DNA from: an uncultured Methanomassiliicoccales archaeon
GTDB taxonomy: Archaea; Thermoplasmatota; Thermoplasmata; Methanomassiliicoccales; UBA472
Length of the DNA: 64,000 nt
NCBI GenBank assembly: GCA_963695345.1
Contig: OY968769.1
Coordinates: 1,792,001 to 1,856,000, forward strand
Reading direction: 5' to 3'
Part shown: positions 11,029-22,465 of the stretch, in pieces
How positions within the stretch are numbered: the stretch's first letter is position 1
Layout: each line of letters begins with the position of its first letter
The notes under the pieces: generated by a model
What the model saw: only the letters and a program-made list of their open reading frames with translations
Told to the model about the DNA's origin: nothing
The model's database searches: none
Translations under genes and position numbers: made by a program

Positions 11029-11899
11029 TTGAGCGACGTTCAGAACAGGCGGCTTACCAACGGGTTCATGCTGACCAGGGTCGGGGTTACAGGGGTCAAG
11101 AAGCCTGTAGCGGTGAACCGAGCCGGTCACCTTGTCACACTTACATGCACATTCGATGTCTTCGTAGACCTTCCCTCGGAACAGAGAGGTTCTCATCTTT
11201 CCCGAAACCTGGAGGTCATCACCGATGTGGTGGAGAACAGTCTGAGCAAGCCGGTCAGCGGCATCGAGGTGCTCGCCTCGACCATGTCCAAGGACCTTCT
11301 GGATCGGCATGAGTATGCGACATATTCCGAGGTCAACATCGTCGCCGACTATTTCCTCGAAAGGACCGTACCGTCGGGCAGAAAGACCATGGAGTCCTTC
11401 AAGCTAATGGCCAAGGCCACCAGCCGGAAAGGCAACGGCCTGAAGAAGACCATCGGTGTCCAGGTCATCGGAATGACCGCCTGCCCCTGCGCCATGGAAA
11501 CGGTCAAGGACCTGCAGAAGGGAAACATCCGGTTCAAGGACAATGACCTGCCGAACATAACCCACAACCAGAGGAACGTCGCCACCCTGATGGTCGAGAT
11601 CCCGGAGGAACTGGACATCGAGGCCAACGACCTTATCGAGATAGCCGAGGCATCGTTCAGCTCTCCCACCTATCGAGATCCTGAAACGGTCCGAAGAGGC
11701 CATGGTGGTCATCCAGGCGCACGATCACCCGAAGTTCGTGGAAGATGTGGTCAGGGAGAACCTGCAGCGCATCCTGGCAAAATTCACGGACCTGCCGGAC
11801 GAGACGCTGGTGACCGTTCGGAGCGAGAGCGAGGAGTCCATACACAAACACAACGCCTTCGCCGAACGGGTCACCACCCTCGGCGAGCTGCGTAACTGA
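11029..11899 (+). CDS. mptA: GTP cyclohydrolase MptA/FolE2 (frameshift near 11675)
   Basis: DVQ, RGSHLSR, TACPCA and HNQR, then PKFVEDVVR and ESIHKHNA in the next frame. Confidence 0.9.
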
Positions 11900-11915
11900 T
11901 CGCTCGGTTGATCCG

Positions 11916-12650
11916 ATGAATCCCAGGTACAAACTGCTGGTGTGCGATGTCGACGGCACGATAACCGACGACAGGAAGCGCATTCAGACGCTCGGTATCG
12001 AGACGCTGCGCCAGGTGCAGGAGAACGGATATACGGTATCGCTGTGCTCAGGGAACGTGCTCCCGGTGGCGTTCGGGCTTTCCACCTTCATCGGGCTGAA
12101 GGGTCCGGTCATCGCCGAGAACGGGGGACTAGTCTCTTACAAGGAGCAGATCCACCAGCTACATTCGGACGAGATTGCCAGGAAGGCGTTCGCCTATCTC
12201 CGGACTAAGATGCCTGAGGTCGACCGACTCTTCACCGACAACTGGCGAAAAACCGAGGTGGCGGTAAAGCGATCGTTCGACCTTGACACGGTCAAGGCCG
12301 TACTCAGTGATTGGAATGTGGAGATAGAGGCCACCGGCTTTGCCATTCACATAATGGAGCCGGGGCACAGCAAGGCGGACGGGGTCAGGAAGGCATGCCA
12401 GATTCTGGGAATAGACATCTCGGAAGTGGTGGCCATCGGGGATTCTGACAACGACGTGAAAATGCTTACACAGTGCGGTTACGGGATAGCGGTGGGCAAT
12501 GCCTCGGAGCCAGCAAAAGAAGCCGCTGACTTTGTGTGCAGCCGACCCCACTCAGAAGGGGTCGTCGAAGGCCTGGCACATCTGGACATGCTCGATCGCC
12601 CGGTGAATTGGTGCGCGTCCTCAGGACACGACGAGACCAGCGGCATTTGA
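11916..12650 (+). CDS. Phosphoglycolate phosphatase (HAD IIB, archaeal SPP-like)
   Basis: CDVDGTIT, SGN, IAENGG, GDSDND. Confidence 0.88.
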   Translation: MNPRYKLLVCDVDGTITDDRKRIQTLGIETLRQVQENGYTVSLCSGNVLPVAFGLSTFIGLKGPVIAENGGLVSYKEQIHQLHSDEIARKAFAYLRTKMPEVDRLFTDNWRKTEVAVKRSFDLDTVKAVLSDWNVEIEATGFAIHIMEPGHSKADGVRKACQILGIDISEVVAIGDSDNDVKMLTQCGYGIAVGNASEPAKEAADFVCSRPHSEGVVEGLAHLDMLDRPVNWCASSGHDETSGI

Positions 12651-12710
12651 CATCCATCGGTCTTTTTTCTCGGCACAAGATTTATCCCTCGGCATTTCCA
12701 ACAGACAATC

Positions 12711-12890
12711 ATGGACCTGATCGGCCAATGTAGCATCTGTGGACGTCCCGCATACTTCACCTGCATCATCTGCGGACATATGGCTTGCGAACTGCACTAT
12801 GACCGAAAAAGCAAGATGTGCGCGAACTGCAGCCCATCGGCCTCCTTGGAGAATAAGAAAGGATGGGAAGAGGACAAGCTCCTCCGCTGA
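12711..12890 (+). CDS. Small Cys/His zinc-finger protein (59 aa, absent from the ORF track)
   Basis: MDLIGQCSICGRPAYFTCIICGHMACELHYDRKSKMCANC...: CxxC, CxxC, CxxH, CxxC. Confidence 0.75.
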   Translation: MDLIGQCSICGRPAYFTCIICGHMACELHYDRKSKMCANCSPSASLENKKGWEEDKLLR

Positions 12891-12911
12891 ACAGATTTTA
12901 AATGAATCGGT

Positions 12912-13403
12912 TTAGAGAAGCTTCTTCGCGCTTGCTTCGTCCAGGTTGATGGACTTCAGCAGGTACTTGAGCGACTTCTTGGTTATGATCTCCATGGTCT
13001 TTTCGTCCATGTGCTGCTCGAAGACCACCGGCGCCTTGCGGAAGTACTCGACTCCGAACTCGGAATAGTAGTACGATGCGTCCTCCGGATCCTTCTCGGC
13101 TGCTTTCAGATAGGCAGCCTCTGCGTCATTGAACAATCCAACGTCCATGCAGAACGCGGCCTTTGACTGAAAGATGAACGGGTTGTCCGGCTCGAGCTCG
13201 ATCGCCTTGTTGTAGAGGGCGATGATCTCTTCCTGCGTCACCTTGGGGACGAGAACGCCGGCGTCGGCTTTGGCCAAATAAGCCTCCGCGCTCGTTGGGT
13301 TGGCCTTGATGGCCTTGTCGAACTTGGATAGGGCGGCGGCATATTCGCCTTCGCCCATTGATTGGAATCCCTGCTTCATCAATTTCTCGTAATCATCCGC
13401 CAT
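12912..13403 (-). CDS. Tetratricopeptide repeat protein
   Basis: Repeated TPR helices (AAALSKFDKAIKANP, YNKAIELEPDN); start taken at MADDYEK. Confidence 0.82.
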   Translation of the reverse strand: MADDYEKLMKQGFQSMGEGEYAAALSKFDKAIKANPTSAEAYLAKADAGVLVPKVTQEEIIALYNKAIELEPDNPFIFQSKAAFCMDVGLFNDAEAAYLKAAEKDPEDASYYYSEFGVEYFRKAPVVFEQHMDEKTMEIITKKSLKYLLKSINLDEASAKKLL

Positions 13404-13611
13404 CGGATCACTTAATCCGCAGTAAGTTGTGATAGGTAATAAGCGTTTTCTTTTGAGAGACATTGTCCGTGACAGATGCTGGATGTTAGTCAATTGTCGA
13501 GGTGGCGGGTTCTTGGGCGGTGACAGCGTCCTGATTTCAGTGCGAAAGTTTCACATGACTGCAGTCACTTCAGGTCATGGCGTCCTCCTCAAGAGACGCC
13601 GGGTTGATGGA

Positions 13612-13884
13612 ATGGAAATCGAAAAGGTGAAAAGGGTCGCGAAGGTCGCGAGATTGGAGCTGACGGACGAGGAACTCAAGAAGTTCGCCCAGGATCTCGA
13701 GGACATTCTCAATAATTTCTCAGTGCTGGACGAAGCACCCGGTCTCACCGAGTACGATTTCAACCCCATACCGGTGAACGATGTGCTGCGTGAGGACCAG
13801 GTCGGACAGGAGTTCGATCCGGCAGTATTGCGGGCAATGATGGACACCTACGAGGACTACGTCAGGGGGCCTAAGCTCTCGTGA
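13612..13884 (+). CDS. gatC: Asp-tRNA(Asn) amidotransferase subunit C
   Basis: VKRVAKVARLEL...LREDQ...YVRGPK; first gene of gatCAB. Confidence 0.9.
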   Translation: MEIEKVKRVAKVARLELTDEELKKFAQDLEDILNNFSVLDEAPGLTEYDFNPIPVNDVLREDQVGQEFDPAVLRAMMDTYEDYVRGPKLS

Positions 13885-15220
13885 GCAGTGGTATCGACGA
13901 GCCCCGCCTGAGGGCCATCAACCAAAGGTATCGCATATTCAACCAGCTCATCGACCGAGAGATGATGGAGGCGGACGACAGCTCGTCGTTCACGTTCTCC
14001 GCCAAGGACAACCTGTGCACCAAGGAGTTCCAGGCGCGGGCCGGATCGAGGATCCTAGAAGGTTACCGCCCGCCATTCGACGCCACCCCGGTGCGCAAGC
14101 TGAGGGAGGCGGGGGGCCTACTGCTGGGAAAGACCAACATGGACGAGTTCGGATTCGGCACCTTCAGCACCAACTCCGGTTTCGACATCCCGCTGAACCC
14201 GTTCGATACTGGACGTGCGTGCGGTGGATCCAGCGGAGGTGCGGCGGCGGCCGCTGCGCTCATCGAAGGCCATGTCGCGCTGGGGGTCTCCACCGGCGGT
14301 TCGATATCTGCGCCGGCGTCCTTCTGCGGTGTCTACGGCCTGACGCCAACCTACGGCCGCGTCTCCCGTTATGGCCTGATCGACTACGGAAACTCGCTGG
14401 ACAAGGTGGGTCTCATGTCCCGTTCGATGGCTGACATCAAGAGACTGCTCCCGGTGATCTCCGGTTCCGATCCGAAGGATCCCGACTTCCTGCACCCAGC
14501 CGAGGCTGGAGATATCTGCGAAGAAGATCAGGCGGTTGGCTTTGCCGACGGAGGCGATGGCGAACATATCGCCGGAGGTCGAATCGACGTTCCGGCAGGC
14601 ATTGGAGACCATAACAAACCAGCTCGATATCGACATTCACGAGGTGAGCATGCCATCGCTGAGGTTCGCCATGCCGGCCTATTACATACTGGCGACGACC
14701 GAGGCATCGACGAACCTGGCAAGGTACTGCGGGATGAGGTTCGGGGTTCCGGAAAAGGACGTCTCGCAGCACTTCAACGATTTCTTCTCCGGCGTTCGTT
14801 CCGAATGCTTCGGACAGGAGGCGAAACGCCGGATCCTTCTGGGGACGTTCTGCCGCATGGTCGGGTTCAGGGACAAGTACTACCTGAAATCCCTGGCAGT
14901 CCGTCAGCTCATCACCAAGGAGTACCAAGCGGTGTTCGACGAGCATGACCTGATCGTGACCCCAACCATGCCCTTCGTGGCTCCCAGGTTCGATGAGATC
15001 GCCAAGATGAGGCCTTTGGAGATGTACTCGGCCGATTTCCTGACCATCCCGCCCAACCTCACCGGGATGCCGCATCTCTCCGTGCCCTGCGGATATGCGT
15101 CGTCGATGCCCGTCGGAATGCAGTTCGTTGCTCCGCACTGGGACGAATCGGGACTGACTGTCCATGGGGGAGGCATGGGAGAGCGTTTTCCAGCTCCGGA
15201 CCCCGGAGGTGATCCAATGA
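13881..15220 (+). CDS. gatA: Amidotransferase subunit A (frameshifts near 14487 and 15160)
   Basis: KDN, GKTNMDEF, GGSSGG, STGGSI amidase signature, EASTNLARY, EAKRRILLG. Confidence 0.9.
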
Positions 15221-16569
15221 AGATCGGCCTGGAGATGCATTTCCAGCTGCCCACCAAGTCGAAGCTGTTCTGCTCCTGCAGCACGGAGGGAGCGGAACCT
15301 AACACCCATATCTGTCCCACCTGCCTTGGTTTCCCCGGTTCCCGGCCGGCCTTGAACCGTCAGGCGCTCGAGTATGGGCTGATGATCACCAAATTCCTGA
15401 ACTGCGAGCTCAACGACCGCATATGGTTCTCCAGGAAGACCTATTTCTACCCAGACCTTCCGAAGAACTTCCAGATCACCATGTACGAGAGTCCCTTGGG
15501 CGAGCACGGCCATTATCAACTGAACGGCAAGCGCATAGGCATCTGGAGGGTCCACATCGAAGAGGACCCCGGCAGGATAAAGAGGGTGGGCCGGTCCGGA
15601 GAGGAGGTGTCGCTCATCGACTACAACCGCAGCGGAGTGCCGTTGGTGGAGATAGTCAGCGCACCGGACATGTCGTCACCCGCCGAGGCCAGGGACTTCG
15701 TGGCGGAACTGCTGGTCGAACTGCGCCATCTCGTGGGTCTCAGCGCCTCGGATGAGCAGGTCGCCCGGTGCGATGCCAACATTTCCGTGGGCGAAGAGCG
15801 CGTCGAGGTGAAGAACATCCTGGGCCTGAAGAACCTGGAAAGGGCGCTGAACTACGAGGTGTCCCGCCAGACCAAGATGCTGGCCGCCGGGAAAGTGATC
15901 GTCCGGGAGACGAGGGCGTTCGACGAGGAACGCAAGGTAACGATGCCGGCCCGCAAGAAAGAAATGGAGGAAGAGTACGGCTACATAGGCGAGCCAGACC
16001 TGGGAGAGTACAACGTCGGGGAGTTCGCCAGAGGACTCGTCCTTCCAGAAACGCCGATCAGGCGCGCCTACCGCCTCGAGCAACAATACGGCATCAACGC
16101 CGTCACCGCCAAACAGATCGTGATGACATCGTGGGGAATGGCCGATCTGTTCGAACATCTATGCGAGAAGATCGAGCCAGAAAAGGTGGTGCCAAAGATG
16201 CTCGGGCCGATAACGTCGAACTGGACCTCCATCGAGCAGAGGCTGGACGACACCATGAGGTCTCAGATCTGCCAGGTCATAGAGGACGATATCAACGGTA
16301 AGATAACCGACTCGGAGGCAAGGAGAGCCATCGCCACCATTGCCGAGGGCGGCAGCCACGTCGTCGAGGAAAAGGTCAATATCGAAGACGAGCTCGTCCG
16401 GTCCGTGAACGAGTTCTTGGATGCCCATCCCGAGACTGTCAGGGACGCCAAGGTCAATCCGAAGGCGGCGAACAGCGTGATCGGTCATGTGATGAAGGCC
16501 ACGAAGGGAAAGTTCCAGTCGAAGGAGATCGTGGAAGCGGTGAAAAAAGAACTGGAGAAGAGGCCTTAG
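15217..16569 (+). CDS. gatB: Amidotransferase subunit B
   Basis: MKIGLEMH, KLFC, RKTYFYPDLPKNFQI, IDYNRSGVPLVEIV; GGAGGT RBS upstream. Confidence 0.95.
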   Translation: MKIGLEMHFQLPTKSKLFCSCSTEGAEPNTHICPTCLGFPGSRPALNRQALEYGLMITKFLNCELNDRIWFSRKTYFYPDLPKNFQITMYESPLGEHGHYQLNGKRIGIWRVHIEEDPGRIKRVGRSGEEVSLIDYNRSGVPLVEIVSAPDMSSPAEARDFVAELLVELRHLVGLSASDEQVARCDANISVGEERVEVKNILGLKNLERALNYEVSRQTKMLAAGKVIVRETRAFDEERKVTMPARKKEMEEEYGYIGEPDLGEYNVGEFARGLVLPETPIRRAYRLEQQYGINAVTAKQIVMTSWGMADLFEHLCEKIEPEKVVPKMLGPITSNWTSIEQRLDDTMRSQICQVIEDDINGKITDSEARRAIATIAEGGSHVVEEKVNIEDELVRSVNEFLDAHPETVRDAKVNPKAANSVIGHVMKATKGKFQSKEIVEAVKKELEKRP

Positions 16570-18399
16570 GCCTCCTTCTCATCCTCCGCCAGGGAGAGCA
16601 GCTGGAGCTCGTCCAGCTTTGATTGCTCGACCTGGGTCGGGGATCCGTCGACCAGCGATTGGAACTTCTTGTTCTTCGGGAAGGCAATCACGTCGCGTAT
16701 GCTCTCGCAGCCCAGCAGCATGGCGCAAAGCCGGTCCATCCCCATGCCTATGCCGCCGTGGGGCGGAGCCCCGAAGGACAGCGCCTCCAGGAAGAAGTCG
16801 AACTCCTTCTTCATCTGCTCCTCGTCCTTGCCCAGAAGGTGGAACACCTTGCGCTGGACGCAGGCATCGTGGTTCCTCATGGAGCCGGAAGCGATCTCGC
16901 TCCCGTCCAGTACCAGGTCATAGGAGAGGCCCATGATGTTCATCGGGTCCTCGTTCACGCTTATGTCCCCGCTGACCGGTCTCACGAACGGATGGTGGAA
17001 CGAGGTGAGCTTGCCGGTCACCGGGTCGGCCTGGAACATGGGACAGTCCACGATCCACACGAACTGGTGGCCTTTGCCCTCGAGCAGGTCGTTCTCCTTC
17101 GCCAGCTTGATCCTCAGCTGCCCGGCCGCCTTAAGCGTCGGCATCTTCGAACCGGCCAAGAAGAGGAGCAGGTCCCCGGGCTCGGCCTCCATCTTCCCTT
17201 CCAGTCCTCTGCGGACCTCCTCGGGGAAGTACTTCACGATGTTGGAGCTCAGACCCTCCTCGGTCATCCTCATCCAAGTGAGACCTCCCATCCCCTGCTG
17301 CTTGGCCCACTCGATGAGCCGGTCCACCTGTTTGCGTCCGACGTTCGCGTCCAGGATCTTCTCCTTGACCAGTGATGATTTGAGGTTGATGCAGACGATG
17401 GTGCCCTTTTTCTTCAGGATCTGATGGAATATCTCGTAATTGGCGCACTTCACCTCTTCGGTGACGTTTACTATCTCCAGTCCGAAGCGGACGTCCGGCG
17501 CGTCAGTGCCGTACTTGGAGAACGCTTCCTCCACCGGAATTCGGGGGAACGGCGTCTTCAGCTCGGTGTCGTATACCTCCTTCCAGACGTGTGAATACAT
17601 ATCCTCGATGGTGTCGAAGATGTCCTCCTGCTCGACGAACGACATCTCGATATCTAACTGGGTGAACTCTGGCTGCCGGTCAGCGCGTGAATCCTCGTCC
17701 CTGAAGCAGCGGGCCAGCTGGTAATAGCGTTCGACGCTCCCGACCATCAGCATCTGCTTGTAGAGCTGCGGCGACTGTGGCAGCGCATAGAACTCACCGG
17801 GCATGGTCCTGGACGGTACCAGGAAATCTCTGGCGCCCTCCTGCGAGCTCTTGGTGAGCATCGGTGTCTCGACCTCGATGAAGCCTACCTTAGTCCAAGT
17901 ATCTCCGGGCGGCAGAGATGACCTTGTGCCTGAACTGCAGGTTGGCCACCATCTCCTTCCTTCTCAGGTCGAGGTAGCGGTATTTCATCCTGACGTCCTC
18001 GTTCGGCAACGTGGAGTTCTTCTGCTCGGCGATCTCGAAAGGTATCGCCTTGGACGTGTTGAGCACCTTCGCCTCCTCGATGAGGACCTCCACCTCTCCG
18101 GTGGGATTGCGGGCATCCTCGGTGCCTGGAACCCTTTCCCTGACAGTACCGGTGATGGAGATGACATACTCCCTGCCGATGCTATTCAGGATGGAGCCCA
18201 GACCTTTTACGTCAACTGAGCTGGTGTAGGCCTCCGGGTCGAAGACCGTTTGGGTGGTGCCATGTGCGTCCGCAAGATCGAAGAACAGCACTCCTCCGTG
18301 GTCCCTATAGAAGCGAACCCAACCAGCCAGCTTGACTTGCTTTCCGAGGTCCTTTGTTCGAATTTCGCCGCAATCATGTGTTCGGATCATTTGCTGCAA
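16566..18399 (-). CDS. aspS: Aspartate-tRNA(Asp/Asn) ligase, bacterial type with GAD insert (frameshift near 17890)
   Basis: RTHDCGE, RDHGG, EGARDFLVPSR, ALPQSPQLYKQ, CFRDEDSRADRQPEFTQLDIE, GAPPHGG. Confidence 0.94.
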
Positions 18400-18579
18400 C
18401 CTCTGGTCACGCTGTGGTTGTGATGGCTGTGGTTAAGGGCGAACGGTATTAAACATTTTTCTAGCTGGCTCTCGCCAAAATGACAATAAATGGCAACAGA
18501 TGGTCAAAATAATTGACACTATGCTTTCAATTAACTTGAGAATCTGCCGTTTGTTTGCGGTTTCATCGGGGGAGGGAGC

Positions 18580-19071
18580 TTACTTTCCGCGGTGGCGGGC
18601 TTGCTTCTCCCCCTCACTATTGTCGTCAAAATTGGGGATGAACTTGAATGGGTCCTTGATCAAGCTCAGGATAACGTAGGTATTGGTCTTCTTGACCCCG
18701 GGGATGGTCAGCATCCCCTTCACGACATTGCTGAACTCTTCCCTGGACCGGCAGGCCACCCAGGCGATCGCATCGCATTCACCGGTAACATCGAAGACCG
18801 CCACTATGTTCTTCAGGTCGGTGATCCGGCGCTCCACTTCGACCAGGTCTCCTTCTACATAGATATGGACGATGGCCATGAACTCGTATCCGAGTCGCAT
18901 GTAGTCGACGTTGGCACGATAGCCCTTGACGATCCCCTGCTCCTCAAGGTTCTTGATCCTCTGGATCAAGGTGGTCGGGTGGATCCCCAGTCTTTTCGCT
19001 ATCTGGCGGTAGGATCCCTGGCTCGAGGTGCAGATCTCCTCAACGATGCGCTTGTCCAAATCGTCCAACAT
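18580..19071 (-). CDS. Lrp/AsnC family transcriptional regulator
   Basis: LDDLDKRI, HTH, RIKNLEEQGIVKGY, VTGECD. Confidence 0.92.
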   Translation of the reverse strand: MLDDLDKRIVEEICTSSQGSYRQIAKRLGIHPTTLIQRIKNLEEQGIVKGYRANVDYMRLGYEFMAIVHIYVEGDLVEVERRITDLKNIVAVFDVTGECDAIAWVACRSREEFSNVVKGMLTIPGVKKTNTYVILSLIKDPFKFIPNFDDNSEGEKQARHRGK

Positions 19072-19289
19072 GGTGCTGACCAGTCCCGAATCGTGGTCCG
19101 CTTTCGCGATGCTCAGAAATGTCTTGCTAGATATATGTCGGTTTGCATGACCACACAGTAATCATTTATCTAGCATTTTATTCCTTAAAGAATTCGCCTT
19201 GGTCGATTAAGACACAAGGCCGATCTATAAGAAAGACAGGTTCTCTGATTGAGAACGTTTATCAACGCGCTCATGGTTTTCAGAGTCGT

Positions 19290-20477
19290 ATGACGGTTCG
19301 CCTGTATGAAAAGGATCCATACTGTTCTCGTTTCGACGCCAACGTGGTCAGCATCAATGGGGACTGGATCGCCTTGGACGGAACATATTTCTATCCCGGG
19401 GGCGGCGGGCAGGAACCAGACCGCGGAACGATAGATGGCCTGGCCGTGGTCGAGGTCAAAGCAGATAAGGAATCGGTGAACCACCGGGTGCCTGGCCACA
19501 AGTTCGCGACCGGTCAGGGGGTCCACTGCGAGATCGATTGGGAGAGGAGGTACGACCTCATGAAAGGGCATTCCGGCGAACACCTTCTCTATGGTTCCAT
19601 CCAAAAAGGCCTGGACGAGCTCGAGCTGGTGAAGATATCGATCACCCCGGAAAGGAAGATGGTCATGGTCCGGGGACAGATCGATTGGGACAACATACAG
19701 ACGAGCCAACGGGCGGTGAACGAGGTCATCGCGAGAGGTTTGCCTTCCGAGGACGTTTGGGTGGGGAAGGAAAGCCCTTTGCTGGAAAAGGCCCGGGTCA
19801 AACTGGACAGGATCCATGGTGACCGGATCCGCCTGGTCAGCTTCGGGGACTACGACATCGCGGCCTGCTCCGGGATCCATGTGAGGAACACGTCCGAGAT
19901 CGGAATGCTGCTGGTAACGAGGTTCACCTCGGCGAAACCGGCGGGGGACTACGAGATCGAGTTCGAGGTCGGGAACCAGGCCATGCTCAAGGCGTTGGAA
20001 CTATCCAGCATTGCGCTCCAGGCCTCATCCTCGATGGGCGCGACCACCGAGACCCTGCTCGGCGCGATATCCAACCAATGTGGGGAGCTAGCGGCATCCA
20101 GGGATGCGCTCAGGAAATATGCCCGGGAGGCCTTGGACCGCATCGTTCCGCAGATCGTCGAGGGAATGAAGATCTACAGCGGGGTTTTCAAGGGCATAGA
20201 CAAGAAGGTTCTGATGGATGCGGCCACCTCCATTACTCGGGAGAGCATGTCCCTCTGCGCCTTCGCCACCGAAGGCGACAAACTAACCCTCGTCGTAGCT
20301 TCCAGCCCCGACCTAGGGATTGATTGTTCCGCGGTCCTGAACGACGTACTGAAGAAGGTCTCTGGCAAGGGCGGCGGAAATCGCACATTTGCCACCGGGG
20401 GAGCGCTGGTCTGCGGTCATGCGGATAATCTGGTCGGTGAAGTGGTACAAACCGTCCGCAAATGTCGTGCGGTCTGA
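19290..20477 (+). CDS. Alanyl-tRNA editing protein AlaX-L with C-terminal DHHA1 domain
   Basis: FYPGGGGQEPDRG, HSGEH and CSGIH zinc motifs, GKGGG. Confidence 0.88.
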   Translation: MTVRLYEKDPYCSRFDANVVSINGDWIALDGTYFYPGGGGQEPDRGTIDGLAVVEVKADKESVNHRVPGHKFATGQGVHCEIDWERRYDLMKGHSGEHLLYGSIQKGLDELELVKISITPERKMVMVRGQIDWDNIQTSQRAVNEVIARGLPSEDVWVGKESPLLEKARVKLDRIHGDRIRLVSFGDYDIAACSGIHVRNTSEIGMLLVTRFTSAKPAGDYEIEFEVGNQAMLKALELSSIALQASSSMGATTETLLGAISNQCGELAASRDALRKYAREALDRIVPQIVEGMKIYSGVFKGIDKKVLMDAATSITRESMSLCAFATEGDKLTLVVASSPDLGIDCSAVLNDVLKKVSGKGGGNRTFATGGALVCGHADNLVGEVVQTVRKCRAV

Positions 20478-20541
20478 GTCATTCTCCGGTCTCTGACATT
20501 GAAAGGGAAAGAACCATATTCGACTACTCCGAGTATATGTC

Positions 20542-21892
20542 ATGACCGAAGGCCCGCGGAATTCGGAATTGAAGGAAGAGATAGTCAGGAAGATCAAGGA
20601 AGATGACGTGAAGTTCATCGAAATGCAGTTCTCGGACATACTCGGTACGGTAAAGAGCGTTTCCATCCCTACCACCCACATTGACCGGGTGATTGAGGAA
20701 GGAGTCTACATTGACGGGTCCTCCATACTCGGATACGCGACGATCGAGGAATCGGACATGAGGGCCATGCCGATACTCGATTCGTTCCAGGTCTATCCAT
20801 GGACGATGGACGGTCCCTTGAGGACCGCTCGGTTCATGTGCACCATCTATGATCACAGCGGCGACCGTTTCAAAGGCGACCCACGCTGGGTCCTGGAGAA
20901 GCTGGTGGCCAAGGTGAAGGAAAGAGGCTATGACTTCAATGTCGGGCCGGAGTTCGAGTTCTTTCTATTCCCGATGGACGATTCGGGATTGCCCATCCGG
21001 AAGCCGTCCGATTCGGGAGGATATTTTGACCTGATGCCCATGGACAGAGGGGAGATGGCCCGCAAGGAGATCATGCTCATGTTCGATCAGATGGGCTATG
21101 AAATGGAAGCATCCCATCACGAGGTAGCTCCGGGCCAGGTCGAGATCGATCTGAGGTATCAGGACGCCCTCACAATGGCGGACCGGGTGCTGACGCTGAA
21201 GTTCGGCATCAAGACCATCGCGGCGCAATATGGCCTCCACGCCACTTTCATGCCGAAACCCGTGCATGGTCTGGCTGGTTCGGGTATGCATGTCCATCAA
21301 TCCATGGCGAACAAAGGTCACAACGCGTTCGACGATCCCGACGGGAAGTTCGGGCTCAGCGAGATGGCCATGAACTATCTGGCCGGACTATTGGTACACT
21401 CCAGGAGCAACTGTGCGGTATCTGGCGTCCCATGTGAATTCCTACAAGAGACTGGTCCCGGGCTATGAGGCTCCCTGCTACATCAGTTGGGCGAACCGGA
21501 ACCGGAGCGCTCTGATCCGCGTGCCGGCCGGCAGAGGCGGACGGACTAGGGTGGAACTGAGGAACCCCGACCCAGCCGGAAATCCGTACCTCCAGTTCGC
21601 GGTCATGCTGGCCTCGGGTCTCGATGGCATCGACCGGCATCTCGAACCTCCTGAACCGGTAGAGAAGGACATCTACAAGATGAACAAGACGGAACGGGCC
21701 AAAAACGGGATCGACAGCCTGCCCATGAATCTCGGGGATGCGATGCAGGTATTCTCCGAGAGCAAGCTCATGAAGGAGACGCTGGGGGACCACATATTCG
21801 AGCACTATGTGCACATCAAGGAGGAGGAATGGGACAACTACCGTACCTGGGTCACCGACTGGGAGGTGGACCGCTACCTGAAGGTCCTGTAA
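20542..21892 (+). CDS. glnA: Glutamine synthetase type I (frameshift near 21420)
   Basis: DGSSI, GPEFEFF, HHEVAPGQ, TFMPKP, GSGMH, NSYKRLVPGYEAP, NRSALIRVP. Confidence 0.95.
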
Positions 21893-22067
21893 CCGGTCGA
21901 TTCGCGGCACCTGTGCGGGATTCACATCTGCCGCCCTTTCGATCCAAGCGACTGACCGGCCGCTTGTAGCTCCATTTACATCTGGACACCCAAAACCATC
22001 AAACGTTCGTCCCGATGCATCTTTGTAAGGATTTTATATACGCTACATAATCACTCACAGGACGTCC

Positions 22068-22460
22068 ATGATGCCAGGAATGGGCCGGGTCAACCCTAGA
22101 CAAATGAAACAGGCTATGCGCAAGATGGGCATAAGCACTGAAGATCTAACCGACGTTCAGGAAATAATCATCCTGACCAAGACCAAGGAGTACATCTTCA
22201 AGGAAGCCGAGGTCACGATAATGACCGTTCAAGGCCAGAAGACATTCCAGGTCGTTGGGGAGCCCGAAGTGAGGCCCAGATCCGCCACAGCGAAGCAGGG
22301 AAATACCACGCTCACCGCACCGGCAGAACCAGGCCTGCCCGAGGAGGACATCACATTGGTGATGGAGCAGACCGGTGCCTCGAGGGAAAAGGCCATCGCA
22401 GCTCTAAAGGCCACCGATGGTCAGCCAGCGGAAGCAATACTGATGATAATGGCAGGGTGA
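22068..22460 (+). CDS. nac: Archaeal nascent polypeptide-associated complex protein
   Basis: NPRQMKQAMRKMGI and C-terminal UBA-like DITLVMEQTG. Confidence 0.93.
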   Translation: MMPGMGRVNPRQMKQAMRKMGISTEDLTDVQEIIILTKTKEYIFKEAEVTIMTVQGQKTFQVVGEPEVRPRSATAKQGNTTLTAPAEPGLPEEDITLVMEQTGASREKAIAALKATDGQPAEAILMIMAG

Positions 22461-22465
22461 AAAAA

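Noticed and set aside
14536-16569. Apparent GatA-GatB fusion ORF (677 aa)
   Set aside because: Caused by an indel near 15160; gatB has its own GGAGGT RBS and an ATG at 15217 overlapping a TGA
17885-17895. Possible pyrrolysine or stop read-through in aspS and other split genes
   Set aside because: The stop is TAA and the protein continues in another frame; no in-frame TAG read-through case was seen
20478-20541. NrpR operator upstream of glnA
   Set aside because: No GGAA-N6-TTCC site is present
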